A DNA stretch of 64,000 bases from a bacterium. Its GTDB lineage: Bacteria > Cyanobacteriota > Vampirovibrionia > Gastranaerophilales > CAZEDP01. Below the pieces are notes generated by a model, which worked only from the letters and a program-made list of their open reading frames with translations, had not been told where the DNA came from and did no database searches. A program made the translations under genes and the position numbers. Every line of letters starts with the position of its first letter. Position 1 is the first letter of the stretch. The stretch spans positions 7,906 through 71,905 of the forward strand of contig JAZDPZ010000060.1 of NCBI GenBank assembly GCA_043797105.1, read 5' to 3'. Of this stretch, positions 14,917 through 25,270 are shown piece by piece.

Positions 14917-16116
14917 ATGGCTTTTAGATTTTTGACTTCGGGAGAATCACATGGAAAATGCCTGACGGCAATTATTGAAGGTATTCCTGCCGGATTTAGC
15001 TTAACTACTGATGATATAAATAAACAGTTATTTAGGCGGCAACAGGGTTATGGTCGTGGTGACCGCATGAAAATAGAAAATGATAAAATTATTTTAAACT
15101 CAGGAGTTAGATTTGGAAAAACAACAGGAGCGCCAATAAGCCTTATAATAGAAAATAAAGACTGGAAAAACTGGCAAATTGCTATGTCTTCTCAACCAAT
15201 TGATCTTAATGATCCTGAAATTTTGGAAGTGATTTTACCTAAAAAAATTACGCATGTAAGACCAGGACATGCTGATCTTCCCGGAGCTTTGAAATATAAC
15301 CATGATGATGTCAGAAACGTGCTTGAAAGGTCAAGCGCGAGAGAAACGGCTATAAGAGCGGCAATTGGCGCTATTGCAGCTATAATTTTGAAAAATTTTA
15401 ATGTTGAAATTTTTAGTCATGTGCTTAAAATAGGTTCAGTTGCAGTAAGTCCTGATTTTTTACTTGGTAATTATAATCTTATTAGAGATTATGCGGAAAA
15501 ATCGGAAGTAAGATGCGCTGATAATATAACTTCTTCTAAAATGAAGGAAGCCATAAATAAGGCTGTTACCGATGAAGATAGTCTTGGCGGAGTGTTTGAA
15601 ATAGTTGCTCTTAATGTTCCTGTTGGTTTAGGGAGTTATGTTCACTGGGATAAAAGACTGGATGGATTAATAGCGCAGGCTGTGATGAGCATACCTGCAA
15701 TTAAATCAGTAAGCATTGGTACTGGCGAATTTTCCGGTAAGATTCCAGGCTCAAAATTTCACGATGAAATATATCCTAAAGAGTCGGATTCAAAAGAATA
15801 TAAAAGAAAAACCAATAATTCAGGCGGTATTGAGGGAGGAATAAGCAATGGAAATCCAATAACAGTAAGGGCTTTTATGAAACCGATTCCTACTCTTAAA
15901 AAACCTCTTAGCTCTATAGATTTAGCTAATGGAATGGAACATATTGCTCATTATGAAAGATCTGATGTTTGCGCTGTTCCCGCAGCCGGCGTTGTTGGAG
16001 AAGCTATGCTTGCTATTGTTTTGGTTCAGGCTTTTTTTGAAAAATTCGGCGGAGACAGCATTCAGGAAATAAAGACAAATTTTGAGAATTATTGTAATTT
16101 GTATCAAAAAAGGTAA
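14917..16116 (+). CDS. aroC: Chorismate synthase
   Basis: 399 aa: MAFRFLTSGESHGKCLTAIIEGIPAG...RRQQGYGRGDRM... Confidence 0.93.
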   Translation: MAFRFLTSGESHGKCLTAIIEGIPAGFSLTTDDINKQLFRRQQGYGRGDRMKIENDKIILNSGVRFGKTTGAPISLIIENKDWKNWQIAMSSQPIDLNDPEILEVILPKKITHVRPGHADLPGALKYNHDDVRNVLERSSARETAIRAAIGAIAAIILKNFNVEIFSHVLKIGSVAVSPDFLLGNYNLIRDYAEKSEVRCADNITSSKMKEAINKAVTDEDSLGGVFEIVALNVPVGLGSYVHWDKRLDGLIAQAVMSIPAIKSVSIGTGEFSGKIPGSKFHDEIYPKESDSKEYKRKTNNSGGIEGGISNGNPITVRAFMKPIPTLKKPLSSIDLANGMEHIAHYERSDVCAVPAAGVVGEAMLAIVLVQAFFEKFGGDSIQEIKTNFENYCNLYQKR

Positions 16117-16118
16117 AA

Positions 16119-16634
16119 ATGGCTAAAAATATTATATTGATCGGCTTGATGGGATGTGGAAAAACTACAATAGGCAGATTAATTGCAGAAAAGCTTAATA
16201 AAAAATTTGTTGATACTGATGAATTAATAGAAAAAGAAATGCAAAAAAATATCAATGAGATATTTAAACTATATGGTGAAAATTTTTTTAGGGAATTAGA
16301 ATCAAAAATAATCAAAAAAATAACTCTGGAAATAAATCAAGTTATTTCAACAGGAGGAGGAATAGTGGAAATTCCTGAAAATATTGAATGTTTAAAGCAA
16401 AACAGTATGATATTTTATCTGTATGCTCCTGTTGAAGAACTTTTCAGAAGAATTAAAAATGAAAATAATCGTCCATTATTAAAAAATGATAATCCTTTGG
16501 AAACTTTAGAAAAATTATTGAATAAAAGAGAAAGATTTTATAACCGCGCAAATATAAAAATTAACACTGTTAATAAAGAATTTGATAAAATAATTAGTGA
16601 AATTATAAGAGAATATGAAAATAATGAACAATGA
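16119..16634 (+). CDS. aroK: Shikimate kinase
   Basis: 171 aa with the P-loop LIGLMGCGKTTIGR and ...DTDELIE... It ends in TGA (16632-16634). Confidence 0.9.
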   Translation: MAKNIILIGLMGCGKTTIGRLIAEKLNKKFVDTDELIEKEMQKNINEIFKLYGENFFRELESKIIKKITLEINQVISTGGGIVEIPENIECLKQNSMIFYLYAPVEELFRRIKNENNRPLLKNDNPLETLEKLLNKRERFYNRANIKINTVNKEFDKIISEIIREYENNEQ

Positions 16635-17751
16635 AACCGTTAAAGTAGCGATTCCCGGGGATAAAGCTAAAAATTATAATATTATAATAGCTCAGGATAT
16701 TATTAAACACACTGGAATTTTTATAAAAAAAAGCTTAAAAGCAGAAAAAATATTAGTAATAACCAATGAGACAATATGTTCTCTTTTTGGAAATGAGTTA
16801 AAGCAATCTTTAGAAGATCAAAATTTAACTTATGATTTTGTAATTCTTAAAGATGGTGAGGAATATAAAAAAATTGAATCTCTTGAATTAATATGGACAA
16901 AAGCTATTGAGTTTAAACTTGAGCGAAAAGATGCTATTTTAGCTCTTGGTGGCGGAGTAATCGGAGATATTTCAGGATTTGCAGCCGCAACATACTTAAG
17001 AGGAATTGATTTTATCCAGATGCCAACTACATTGCTCGCTCAGGTTGATTCATCAGTTGGAGGAAAAACCGCAATTAACCATAAACTTGGCAAAAATCTT
17101 ATAGGCGCTTTTTATCAGCCTAAACTTGTTTTAACAGATACAAATACTTTAAAAAGTTTGCCTGATATGCAGCTAAAAGTTGGACTTGCAGAGGTTTTAA
17201 AATATGGCTTTATTGAAAAAAGCTGTAATTTAAACGAACCTGAATTAAATTTAACAAAATTTCTGGAAAATAAAAAACAGGCAATATTTTCTAAAAATCC
17301 GGCAATATTGACAGAATTAATAAAATATTGTTGTAAATTAAAAGCCGCTGTAGTTAATCAGGATGAAAAAGAATCAGGATTAAGAGTTATATTGAATTTT
17401 GGTCATACAATCGGACATGCAATAGAAAAATGCACAAATTATGAACTTTTTAATCATGGACAGGCTGTTGCTATTGGTATGACAGGAGCATTTTATATTG
17501 CAAAAGATAAAAATTTAATATCCGAAGATTATCTAAATTCTTCATTGAATTTAATTAATTTGTTTGGCTTAGGCGATTATAAAATTCCACAAAACATAAA
17601 AATTGCTGATCTTATGAATGCAATGCAAGTTGATAAAAAAGTATTATTTAATAAAATCAGGTTTATATTGCCGGTAAAAATTGCGGAAGTTGAGATTTTC
17701 AATGATATAGAAGAAAAACTTATTTATTCTGGTTTAGAAAAACTGTATTAA
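16615..17751 (+). CDS. aroB: 3-dehydroquinate synthase
   Basis: 378 aa: ...GGGVIGDISGFAAATYLRGIDFIQMPTTLLAQVDSSVGGKTAINH..GKNLIGAFYQP... Confidence 0.92.
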   Translation: MKIMNNETVKVAIPGDKAKNYNIIIAQDIIKHTGIFIKKSLKAEKILVITNETICSLFGNELKQSLEDQNLTYDFVILKDGEEYKKIESLELIWTKAIEFKLERKDAILALGGGVIGDISGFAAATYLRGIDFIQMPTTLLAQVDSSVGGKTAINHKLGKNLIGAFYQPKLVLTDTNTLKSLPDMQLKVGLAEVLKYGFIEKSCNLNEPELNLTKFLENKKQAIFSKNPAILTELIKYCCKLKAAVVNQDEKESGLRVILNFGHTIGHAIEKCTNYELFNHGQAVAIGMTGAFYIAKDKNLISEDYLNSSLNLINLFGLGDYKIPQNIKIADLMNAMQVDKKVLFNKIRFILPVKIAEVEIFNDIEEKLIYSGLEKLY

Positions 17752-17774
17752 ACCTTTTTTTAATATTTGTTTTT

Positions 17775-18443
17775 CTATTTTTTATAAATCTTTGTTATTG
17801 CAATACATATTCCATAGAAAAATAAAATAATCCCTGCAAACATTATTTGCGCAAACAATTCTAAAGAAGAAGCAATAATAAAAGAAACAGCTAAAGCCCC
17901 TATAAATACATATTTCCAGAGAGAAATCAGTTTTTTTGAGCTTATAAATCTGGTTTTAACCAATAAAATACAAAAAACCGGCAGCTCAAAAGCCATGCCA
18001 ATAATTAAAATTACCTGCAAACAAAAGGATACATAACTTGAAATACTAATATTAATGTGCGCAAGATTTGAATTAAACCCAAGTAAAAAAAGCAGCAGTA
18101 AAGGAATTGCAACGTAATAAGCAAATAAAATACCTGCTGCAAAAAGCAAAAAACCACTCATTAAACTTGTAAAAAGAATTTTTTTATTAAATTTTTTTAA
18201 ATAATATATAATTACGGGAAAAGACAAATAAAATCCGGTTAAAACAGCTATTTTCAAAGATGATAAAAATATTTCCGCAGGGGTAAGCTGAACAAAATTT
18301 ATTGTAAAAGGAACCTGCATCAAAAGAATTTTAATTAACTGCCTGGAAAAAACCAATATAACTGTTGAAGCAAGCACAAAAACTACAAAAAAATGTGTTA
18401 TTTCTGTTTTAAATTTAGTGTAATCTTTGACGTACTGATTCAT
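17775..18443 (-). CDS. tatC: Twin-arginine translocase subunit TatC (short)
   Basis: 222-aa polytopic protein: ...LTPAEIFLSSLKIAVLTGFYLSFPVIIYYLKKF... fits the TatC pattern. No tatA is adjacent. Confidence 0.65.
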   Translation of the reverse strand: MNQYVKDYTKFKTEITHFFVVFVLASTVILVFSRQLIKILLMQVPFTINFVQLTPAEIFLSSLKIAVLTGFYLSFPVIIYYLKKFNKKILFTSLMSGFLLFAAGILFAYYVAIPLLLLFLLGFNSNLAHINISISSYVSFCLQVILIIGMAFELPVFCILLVKTRFISSKKLISLWKYVFIGALAVSFIIASSLELFAQIMFAGIILFFYGICIAITKIYKK

Positions 18444-19197
18444 ACAATATAATTCCAGCTGAAATACTTAAATTTAAAGATTCTACCTGCTCATTCATGG
18501 GTATTGTTATTAATTTGTCAGCCTGATTGAGCAATTCTTCCGAAAGACCTTCTGCTTCCGAGCCAAACATTAAAACCGTTGGTTTTTTATAATCAATATC
18601 ATAATATAAATATGTGTTTTGCGCTTTTTTAACAGTTGTTGCAATAAATTGACTTTTTTTAAATTTATTTAAATTCTCTTTTATTTTATTTTTTTCTGAT
18701 ATATAAATTATTGGTATTTTCCACAAATTAGCTGCGCTTGATCTTACTATTTTTGGATTATAAATATCTACAGTCTCATCAGTTAAAATAATCCCTGAAA
18801 CATTGCAGGCTTTTGCTGTCCGAATTATTGTGCCGAGATTTCCCGGATCTTTTATATTTTCTAAAATAATAATTACCGGATTATCAGAAGTAAAAAAATC
18901 ATTTATTGAAAATTTTAATTGATAAGCTGTTGCCAGTATTTCAGGAGGACTTTCTGTAGTTGAAATTTTTCTTAAAATTTGCTCATTAACGCTGTAAATA
19001 TTTGGAAAATCAGGAATTTTCCTGTTAAAATCCTTGTCTATAAAAATATCTTCCAGTTTAATGCCTGATTTTAAAGCTTCAATAATTGCTTTGTAACCCT
19101 CCAGCAAAAATAATCCCTGTTCATTACGATTTTTTTTCTCTTTAAGTGAATGGACTTTTTTTATAAGAGGGTTGTTAATGCTTGTAATTTCTTTCAT
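18415..19197 (-). CDS. TrmH/SpoU family RNA 2'-O-methyltransferase
   Basis: 260 aa: ...LLEGYKAIIEAL...ILENIKDPGNLGTIIRTAKACNVSGIIL...IPM...VESLNLSISAGIILYE. Confidence 0.85.
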   Translation of the reverse strand: MKEITSINNPLIKKVHSLKEKKNRNEQGLFLLEGYKAIIEALKSGIKLEDIFIDKDFNRKIPDFPNIYSVNEQILRKISTTESPPEILATAYQLKFSINDFFTSDNPVIIILENIKDPGNLGTIIRTAKACNVSGIILTDETVDIYNPKIVRSSAANLWKIPIIYISEKNKIKENLNKFKKSQFIATTVKKAQNTYLYYDIDYKKPTVLMFGSEAEGLSEELLNQADKLITIPMNEQVESLNLSISAGIILYESVRQRLH

Positions 19198-20882
19198 TAG
19201 CAGTTACCTGAATTAATTAAGTTTTCATCAAATTTACAATTGGTTAAGCTTTTAATTTTCATTTTAGAATTATCTTTTACGATTGTTACGGTATTTTCGA
19301 GCCTCACGCCGCCCCAGTCATCATTATATAAACCAGGTTCTATTGTAAAGCACATGCCGGGTTTCAGTTTTGTTTTACAAATATCTGATGCTCCAAGTCT
19401 TGGAGGAGCTTCATGCACCAAAATACCAATCCCATGCCCTGTGCCATGAGAAAATTTAAAGGATTCATCTATATCTTTAGTTAAAATTTCCCGAACAGCC
19501 TTGTCTATATCAAATCCTGTGGTATTTTCGTCTATTTCCATATTTAATCCATATAAAAGAGCTTTTAAAACCTTTGTGTAAATTTGTTTTGCTTTTGGAT
19601 CAGGAGATGCCTTTGTCCCGCCTGCTAAAAAAGTTCTGGTTACATCTGTGGCATAACCTCCTTCAAAATAAGCTCCGCAGTCCAGCAGTACCAGTTCTCC
19701 CATTTCAATATATTTTTGAGGATCAGGATTTGTATAATGAATAAATGCTGTATTTTTGCCGCTTGCAGCTATAGTTTCAAAACTTAAATCACAAGCACCT
19801 TCTTCTAAAAACAAAATTTTTACTTTATCGGCAAAATCTTTTTCAGAAATTTTTGCTTTTTTTTCAAGATTCTGATTAAGCCAGCTTATAGCTCTATTTA
19901 TTACTATGTCTGTTTTTTTAAAGCATAATTGTATATGATTCAGTTCAGCATTGTTTTTTACTGATTTCATTTCTGATATTGGATTTGTAGTAAACTCTAC
20001 AAGATTATTTTTTGTGTTTTCAAGTTGTCTATAAATATATAAACTGGTAGAATAAGGATTAAAATCAATATTAACAGGTAAATCAAGAGACAGATTTTTA
20101 TTTAAATAATCTATAAAAGTATTTTCCTGTCTAAATTCAAAAATTTTGCCTAATTTCGCCTGAATATCTTTGGTTATTTTTTCTAAATCAGTAAAAATCA
20201 GACATTTATTTTGATTTTTATTGATTATAGCTTTTGCTTTAAAAGTCGAGTTATAAGGAATTTCATTACCTCGCAAATTAGTTATATAAGCTATTTCATC
20301 CAATTTTGTCAAAACAAGTATATCAGCATTATCAAGTTCTTTTATCGTTAAATTAAGTTTTTCCTCAGCAGTTAAACCTGTATATTCAGTAGAAATATGT
20401 CTTACAGGATGAGTGTAGGGTGTAGACCTACATTCATTAAGAATCGGATCATATTCAAACTCACAGCATTCAAAATTTTTATCCGAAAAAGTTTTAGATA
20501 ATTCTTTAAAGCAAAAATAACTGATTTTAGAGCTGACAAAACCTATTTTTTGATTTGGTTGAGATAATTCAGTTATTTTTTCGCTTAATGCTGCCTGAAA
20601 AGAAGTATTTATTCCAAGTTTAACTACTGTTATGAGATTTTTATCAGTTTCATTGTCTGCCTGAAGATGGTATCTGCCGTCTACAAACAGAAAAATATTT
20701 TCCCGTGTTACAAGAGCATTTCCGGTAGAGCCTGAAAACCCTGTAAGAATATATCTTGAATTTTCGCTTAAATCCACGTATTCATTGAGATATTCATCAG
20801 TAGAATTCACAATGAAAAAATCCAAATTTTTACTTTTCATAAATAAGCGGAGCTTATCAATAATTACTTTATGATTAATCAT
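19197..20882 (-). CDS. pepP: Xaa-Pro aminopeptidase (M24B, three-domain type)
   Basis: It carries the M24 metal-ligand region ...LLDCGAYFEGGYATDVTRT...HGTGHGIGILVHEAP...EPGLY... I trimmed the start to the ATG at 20882 (MINHKVII...), which has the RBS AAGAGGA 3 nt upstream. The track's 22 extra codons are repeat sequence. Confidence 0.85.
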   Translation of the reverse strand: MINHKVIIDKLRLFMKSKNLDFFIVNSTDEYLNEYVDLSENSRYILTGFSGSTGNALVTRENIFLFVDGRYHLQADNETDKNLITVVKLGINTSFQAALSEKITELSQPNQKIGFVSSKISYFCFKELSKTFSDKNFECCEFEYDPILNECRSTPYTHPVRHISTEYTGLTAEEKLNLTIKELDNADILVLTKLDEIAYITNLRGNEIPYNSTFKAKAIINKNQNKCLIFTDLEKITKDIQAKLGKIFEFRQENTFIDYLNKNLSLDLPVNIDFNPYSTSLYIYRQLENTKNNLVEFTTNPISEMKSVKNNAELNHIQLCFKKTDIVINRAISWLNQNLEKKAKISEKDFADKVKILFLEEGACDLSFETIAASGKNTAFIHYTNPDPQKYIEMGELVLLDCGAYFEGGYATDVTRTFLAGGTKASPDPKAKQIYTKVLKALLYGLNMEIDENTTGFDIDKAVREILTKDIDESFKFSHGTGHGIGILVHEAPPRLGASDICKTKLKPGMCFTIEPGLYNDDWGGVRLENTVTIVKDNSKMKIKSLTNCKFDENLINSGNC

Positions 20883-20891
20883 ATATCCTCT

Positions 20892-20979
20892 TGTCATCCT
20901 CAGGCTGCGTAGCAGCCGTGAGGATCTGAATAATGGGCAGATTCTCACGCTACGGCTTCGCCTTCGCTGAGAATGACAG
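20892..20979. repeat. Family B composite (two hairpin units, opposite orientation)
   Basis: Unit 1 is TGTCATCCTCAGGCTGCGTAGCAGCCGTGAGGATCTG. Unit 2 is GCAGATTCTCACGCTACGGCTTCGCCTTCGCTGAGAATGACAG, which follows the reverse complement of the B1 consensus. Together they fill the pepA-pepP spacer. Confidence 0.7.
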
Positions 20980-20988
20980 TTTATTTAT

Positions 20989-22482
20989 TTAAATACTGAG
21001 TAAATAATTTATTATTGTTCTGACTCCTGCTCCTGTCGGACCTTTTGAAAGCTCTTTTATATCTTTATCAATCCATGCCGGTCCTGCAATATCAATATGC
21101 GCCCAGGGAACATCGCTTACAAACTCTTTTAAAAACACTCCGGCAACAGAAGCGCCTGCTTCTCTTGAACCTGCATTTTTAAAATCAGCTATCTCACTCT
21201 TTAAAGTTTTCATATATTCTTCATAAAGAGGCAGTTGCCAAAGTCTTTCACCGCCTTTTTTAGCTGATTTTATCAAATTATCTGTTAATTCCTGATTATT
21301 TCCCATAACACCGGCAGCCATTCTACCCAAAGCCACCATACAAGCACCGGTAAGAGTTGCTATGTCAATAATCTGGTCAACCTTTAAATCAGCCGCATAA
21401 GACAAAGCATCTGCTAAAATCAATCTGCCTTCTGCATCTGTATTATCAATCTCAATAGTTTTATCATTCATAGCTGTTAAAATATCACCCGGCTTATAAG
21501 AACTTCCGCCTGGCATGTTTTCACATGCCGGAATAATTCCATGAACTTCAACATCGGGCTTTAATTCGGAAAGAGCGCGCATAATACCGATAACTGCGGC
21601 AGCTCCTGACATATCACCTTTCATAAGAGCCATGCCGGATGCCTGTTTAATATTTAATCCGCCGCTATCAAAAGTTATGCCTTTTCCTACAAGCGCAATT
21701 CTTTTTTTAGTTTTGTTTTGAGGTTTATACAGTATATGTATAAATTTTGGAGGCTCGCTGCTGCCTTTTGCCACAGCTAAATAAGCACCCATTCCAAGCC
21801 TTTCTGCTTCTTCTCTTTCAATAATCCCGCATTTTACACCCTGAATAGACATTGCTTCTTCAGCAAGTTTAGCTGGAGTAACAACAGATGCCGGTTCATT
21901 TATCAGATCTCTTGCATAGTTAGTCGCTTCTGCAATGATTTTTCCTTTTTTTATGCCGTCATTTATATTATTAATTTTTGAAGAGTCAAGTTCAATGATC
22001 TCAAGTTCGTTTATATTATTAATATTTTCATCATCTATTTTTGATTTATATTTGGAAAATTTATAAGCCCCTAAAACAGCCCCTTCTGTAATCATTTGAG
22101 CGCAGTCCAAAGCTTCAAAACCTGCAATGCCTGCTCCATGAAGAATTGTGCAGACTTTTTTAGCTTTTAAAGAAACAGCTTTTTTTATAGAAATAGAAGC
22201 TACCTCTCTGATTTTGTTTAAATTAAAGTCTTCAGCTTTTCCAAGTCCTGCTATAATGACTTTATCAGCAGGTATTTTGCCATGTGTTTGCAGTACGTAA
22301 GTTTTGCCTAATTTGCCCTTAAAATTTTCTTTTTCTATAACGTAAGATGAAATTATATTATCAAGAGCTTTATTAACAGCTCCGGTAGCACCTCCGGGAA
22401 TTTTTACATCTTCAAAAAGGTTTATTATAAGAACATCACAAACTACATCTGTGAGTGAACCCTGTTTAGCTTTAATTTCCAT
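20989..22482 (-). CDS. pepA: Leucyl aminopeptidase (M17)
   Basis: ...VGKGITFDSGG...NTDAEGRLILADAL... I set the start at the ATG at 22482 (MEIKAKQG), which has GAGGA 7 nt upstream. The track's TTG start is 5 codons further upstream. Confidence 0.9.
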   Translation of the reverse strand: MEIKAKQGSLTDVVCDVLIINLFEDVKIPGGATGAVNKALDNIISSYVIEKENFKGKLGKTYVLQTHGKIPADKVIIAGLGKAEDFNLNKIREVASISIKKAVSLKAKKVCTILHGAGIAGFEALDCAQMITEGAVLGAYKFSKYKSKIDDENINNINELEIIELDSSKINNINDGIKKGKIIAEATNYARDLINEPASVVTPAKLAEEAMSIQGVKCGIIEREEAERLGMGAYLAVAKGSSEPPKFIHILYKPQNKTKKRIALVGKGITFDSGGLNIKQASGMALMKGDMSGAAAVIGIMRALSELKPDVEVHGIIPACENMPGGSSYKPGDILTAMNDKTIEIDNTDAEGRLILADALSYAADLKVDQIIDIATLTGACMVALGRMAAGVMGNNQELTDNLIKSAKKGGERLWQLPLYEEYMKTLKSEIADFKNAGSREAGASVAGVFLKEFVSDVPWAHIDIAGPAWIDKDIKELSKGPTGAGVRTIINYLLSI

Positions 22483-22566
22483 TTTTTTTATCCTCAATTT
22501 ACAATAAGAACATTATTATATTATATTTATAATTAATTATAATCAAAAAATTGAGGTAAAGAGTAA

Positions 22567-25182
22567 ATGTTGGAAAAAGAATATAAAAATAAAGATAACA
22601 TACTAAAAAGCTCGGATATAAATCCTGAAGACGCAACTCCTATGCTGCGTCAGTATTTGGAAATTAAAAAACAATACGAAGAAGTGATTTTATTCTATAG
22701 AATGGGGGATTTTTATGAAACTTTCCTGGAAGATGCCCTGATTACATCAAAAGAGCTTGAAATTACTCTTACAGGCAGAGAAGCAGGAAAACTCGGCAGA
22801 ATTCCTATGGCTGGCGTGCCTCAAAAGGCTATAGACAATTATCTTGCAAAACTCCTTGAAAAAGGATATAAAGTTGCAATCTGCGAGCAAATGGAAGACC
22901 CTTCAACCGCCAAAGGACTGGTTGACAGACAGGTTGTAAAAACAATCACCGCCGGCACAATTACAGAAACAACTTTGCTTGAATCCACAAAAAACAATTA
23001 TCTTGCCGCAATAGTAAAATCCAGTAAAAATGAATTATTCGGGCTTGCTTATGTTGATATTTCAACAGGCGAATTTAAAATTACAAAAGCAACTCTTGAG
23101 CAGCTTGTATCTGAATTAAACAGAATTTCTCCGTCTGAAATACTTGCTCCTGTTAAAAAACAGGAAATTAAACCTTTTCAGGTCGTGCCTGAAGAAATTA
23201 TTGATTTACCTGAAATAATTACAGGCAATTATAATTTTACAAAAAGAGGGTATTCGTCTTTTTCTTTAGATAAAGCCATACCAAAGATTAAAGAATTATT
23301 TAATGTAAATTCCCTTGAGCCGTTTGGTTATCCTGAATATATACTGGGACTAATGGCAGCCGGAGCTATAATAGAGTATCTTGAAGAAACTCAAAAGCAG
23401 GGCATGCCAAAATTTGATATAATCGTTCCTTATGCGCTTGATTCTTATGTTGCTATTGACGCAAATACCAGAAGAAATCTTGAACTTGTCCAGACAGTAA
23501 GAGACAACAATTATAAAGGCAGTCTGCTTTGGGCAATTAATAAAACCCATACTAATATGGGAACACGGCTTCTCAGAAAGTGGCTTCAACAGCCTCTTCA
23601 GGATATTAATAAAATAATTCAACGCCAGTCTGCTGTAGAAGAGCTTCTTGATAGCACTAAGATAAGACTGGAACTGTCTTCTTTTCTTGGTAAAGTTTAT
23701 GATATTGAAAGACTGGCAACAAAAATAAGCAATAATACCGCTAATGGCAGAGATTTCCTGTCATTAAAAGACTCTCTAAAACTTTTGCCTGAATTTGAAA
23801 AGCTTTTATATAATGCGAGATCGCCTTTTTTGTCTGTATTTTCAAATATAAAAGAGGAAGTTGTTGATTTTGGCAATATTATTGAAAATACAATAACAGA
23901 AAATCCGCCTGTAGGAATTAAAGAAGGAAATTTAATAAAATCAGGAGTAAGTGAAGAACTCGATCATTTGAAAGATTTGCTTAACGGGGGAAAAGACTGG
24001 TTAGCCGGATTTGAAATTCAGGAAAAGGAACGAACAGGAATTAAATCACTGAAAGTTGGCTACAACAAGATTTTTGGTTATTATATAGAGGTTACTCATT
24101 CCAATACTAATTTGGTTCCCCCAAATTATATCAGAAGACAAACTTTAGCCAATGCTGAAAGATATATTACCCCTGAGTTAAAAGAGCATGAATCCGAAGT
24201 TTTAAGCGCAGAAACACAATCAATTGAGCTGGAATATCAAATTTTTTGCGATTTAAGAGAATATGCAAAGGAATTTGTCCAGCCAATAAGAGAAATAGCC
24301 AAATCTCTCGCAGCTATTGATGTTTTATTGTCTTTTGCAAACGTTGCCGCTGAGTTTAATTATATAAAACCTGAAATAGACAAGTCTCATGATTTGATTA
24401 TCATTGAAGGACGCCATTCTGTTATTGAACAGGTGCTTTCTATGGGCAAATATGTTGCTAATGATCTCAATATTTCAGGGGGAGACATAAAAATTAATAA
24501 TAATTCAGGACAGTGCCAATTTATGATTTTAACAGGTCCGAATATGGCGGGAAAATCTACTTATATGAGACAAAATGCTCTTATAGTCATTCTTGCTCAA
24601 ATAGGGAGCTTTGTACCGGCAAAGACCGCTAAAATTGGTATTGTTGATAAAATTTTTACAAGAGTTGGGGCAGTAGACGATCTTTCTATGGGTCAATCCA
24701 CTTTTATGGTGGAAATGAATGAAACAGCCCTTATTCTCAACTCCGCAACAGACAAAAGCTTTATACTTCTGGATGAAATAGGCAGAGGCACAAGCACTTA
24801 TGATGGAGTCGCAATAGCATGGAGCGTAGTTGAGTATATAGTTGAAAACATTAAAGCCAGGACAATATTCGCAACACACTATCATGAGCTAAATACTATG
24901 TGTGAAAAATATCCTCAAATAGCAAATTATAAGGTAACAGTAAGCGAAAATGAAGGTGAAATTGAATTTTTAAGGCAGGTATTACCTGGCGGCACCAATA
25001 AAAGTTATGGCATTCAGGTAGCTAAAATGGCTGGTCTGCCAAATTCTGTAATTTCAAGAGCTCAAAATCTTATGAATAAAATGCAGAAGGATTATTCTGT
25101 AAAGATTTCTCCCAAAAAACGCTCCTCTGCTGATAATATTGAAGTAAATTCTCCTCAATTATCATTATTTAATGAGGTTTAA
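22567..25182 (+). CDS. mutS: DNA mismatch repair protein MutS
   Basis: 871 aa: ...TPMLRQYLEIK...FYRMGDFYE... with the Walker A motif TGPNMAGKST and ...TFMVEM.E...DEIGRGTST.DG... Confidence 0.95.
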   Translation: MLEKEYKNKDNILKSSDINPEDATPMLRQYLEIKKQYEEVILFYRMGDFYETFLEDALITSKELEITLTGREAGKLGRIPMAGVPQKAIDNYLAKLLEKGYKVAICEQMEDPSTAKGLVDRQVVKTITAGTITETTLLESTKNNYLAAIVKSSKNELFGLAYVDISTGEFKITKATLEQLVSELNRISPSEILAPVKKQEIKPFQVVPEEIIDLPEIITGNYNFTKRGYSSFSLDKAIPKIKELFNVNSLEPFGYPEYILGLMAAGAIIEYLEETQKQGMPKFDIIVPYALDSYVAIDANTRRNLELVQTVRDNNYKGSLLWAINKTHTNMGTRLLRKWLQQPLQDINKIIQRQSAVEELLDSTKIRLELSSFLGKVYDIERLATKISNNTANGRDFLSLKDSLKLLPEFEKLLYNARSPFLSVFSNIKEEVVDFGNIIENTITENPPVGIKEGNLIKSGVSEELDHLKDLLNGGKDWLAGFEIQEKERTGIKSLKVGYNKIFGYYIEVTHSNTNLVPPNYIRRQTLANAERYITPELKEHESEVLSAETQSIELEYQIFCDLREYAKEFVQPIREIAKSLAAIDVLLSFANVAAEFNYIKPEIDKSHDLIIIEGRHSVIEQVLSMGKYVANDLNISGGDIKINNNSGQCQFMILTGPNMAGKSTYMRQNALIVILAQIGSFVPAKTAKIGIVDKIFTRVGAVDDLSMGQSTFMVEMNETALILNSATDKSFILLDEIGRGTSTYDGVAIAWSVVEYIVENIKARTIFATHYHELNTMCEKYPQIANYKVTVSENEGEIEFLRQVLPGGTNKSYGIQVAKMAGLPNSVISRAQNLMNKMQKDYSVKISPKKRSSADNIEVNSPQLSLFNEV

Positions 25183-25270
25183 CCAGCCACTTGCTATATT
25201 GCCATGTTTAATTTATATAATTTTCAGAGTGTTTTTAAATAGATAAAGAAAAGAAAGGAATTTATTTAAA

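Noticed and set aside
20883-20948. 22-codon N-terminal extension of pepP in the ORF track (MRICPLFRSSRLLRSLRMTRGY)
   Set aside because: These codons are the family B hairpin repeat read in frame. The ATG at 20882 has a good RBS (AAGAGGA) and starts the conserved aminopeptidase sequence.
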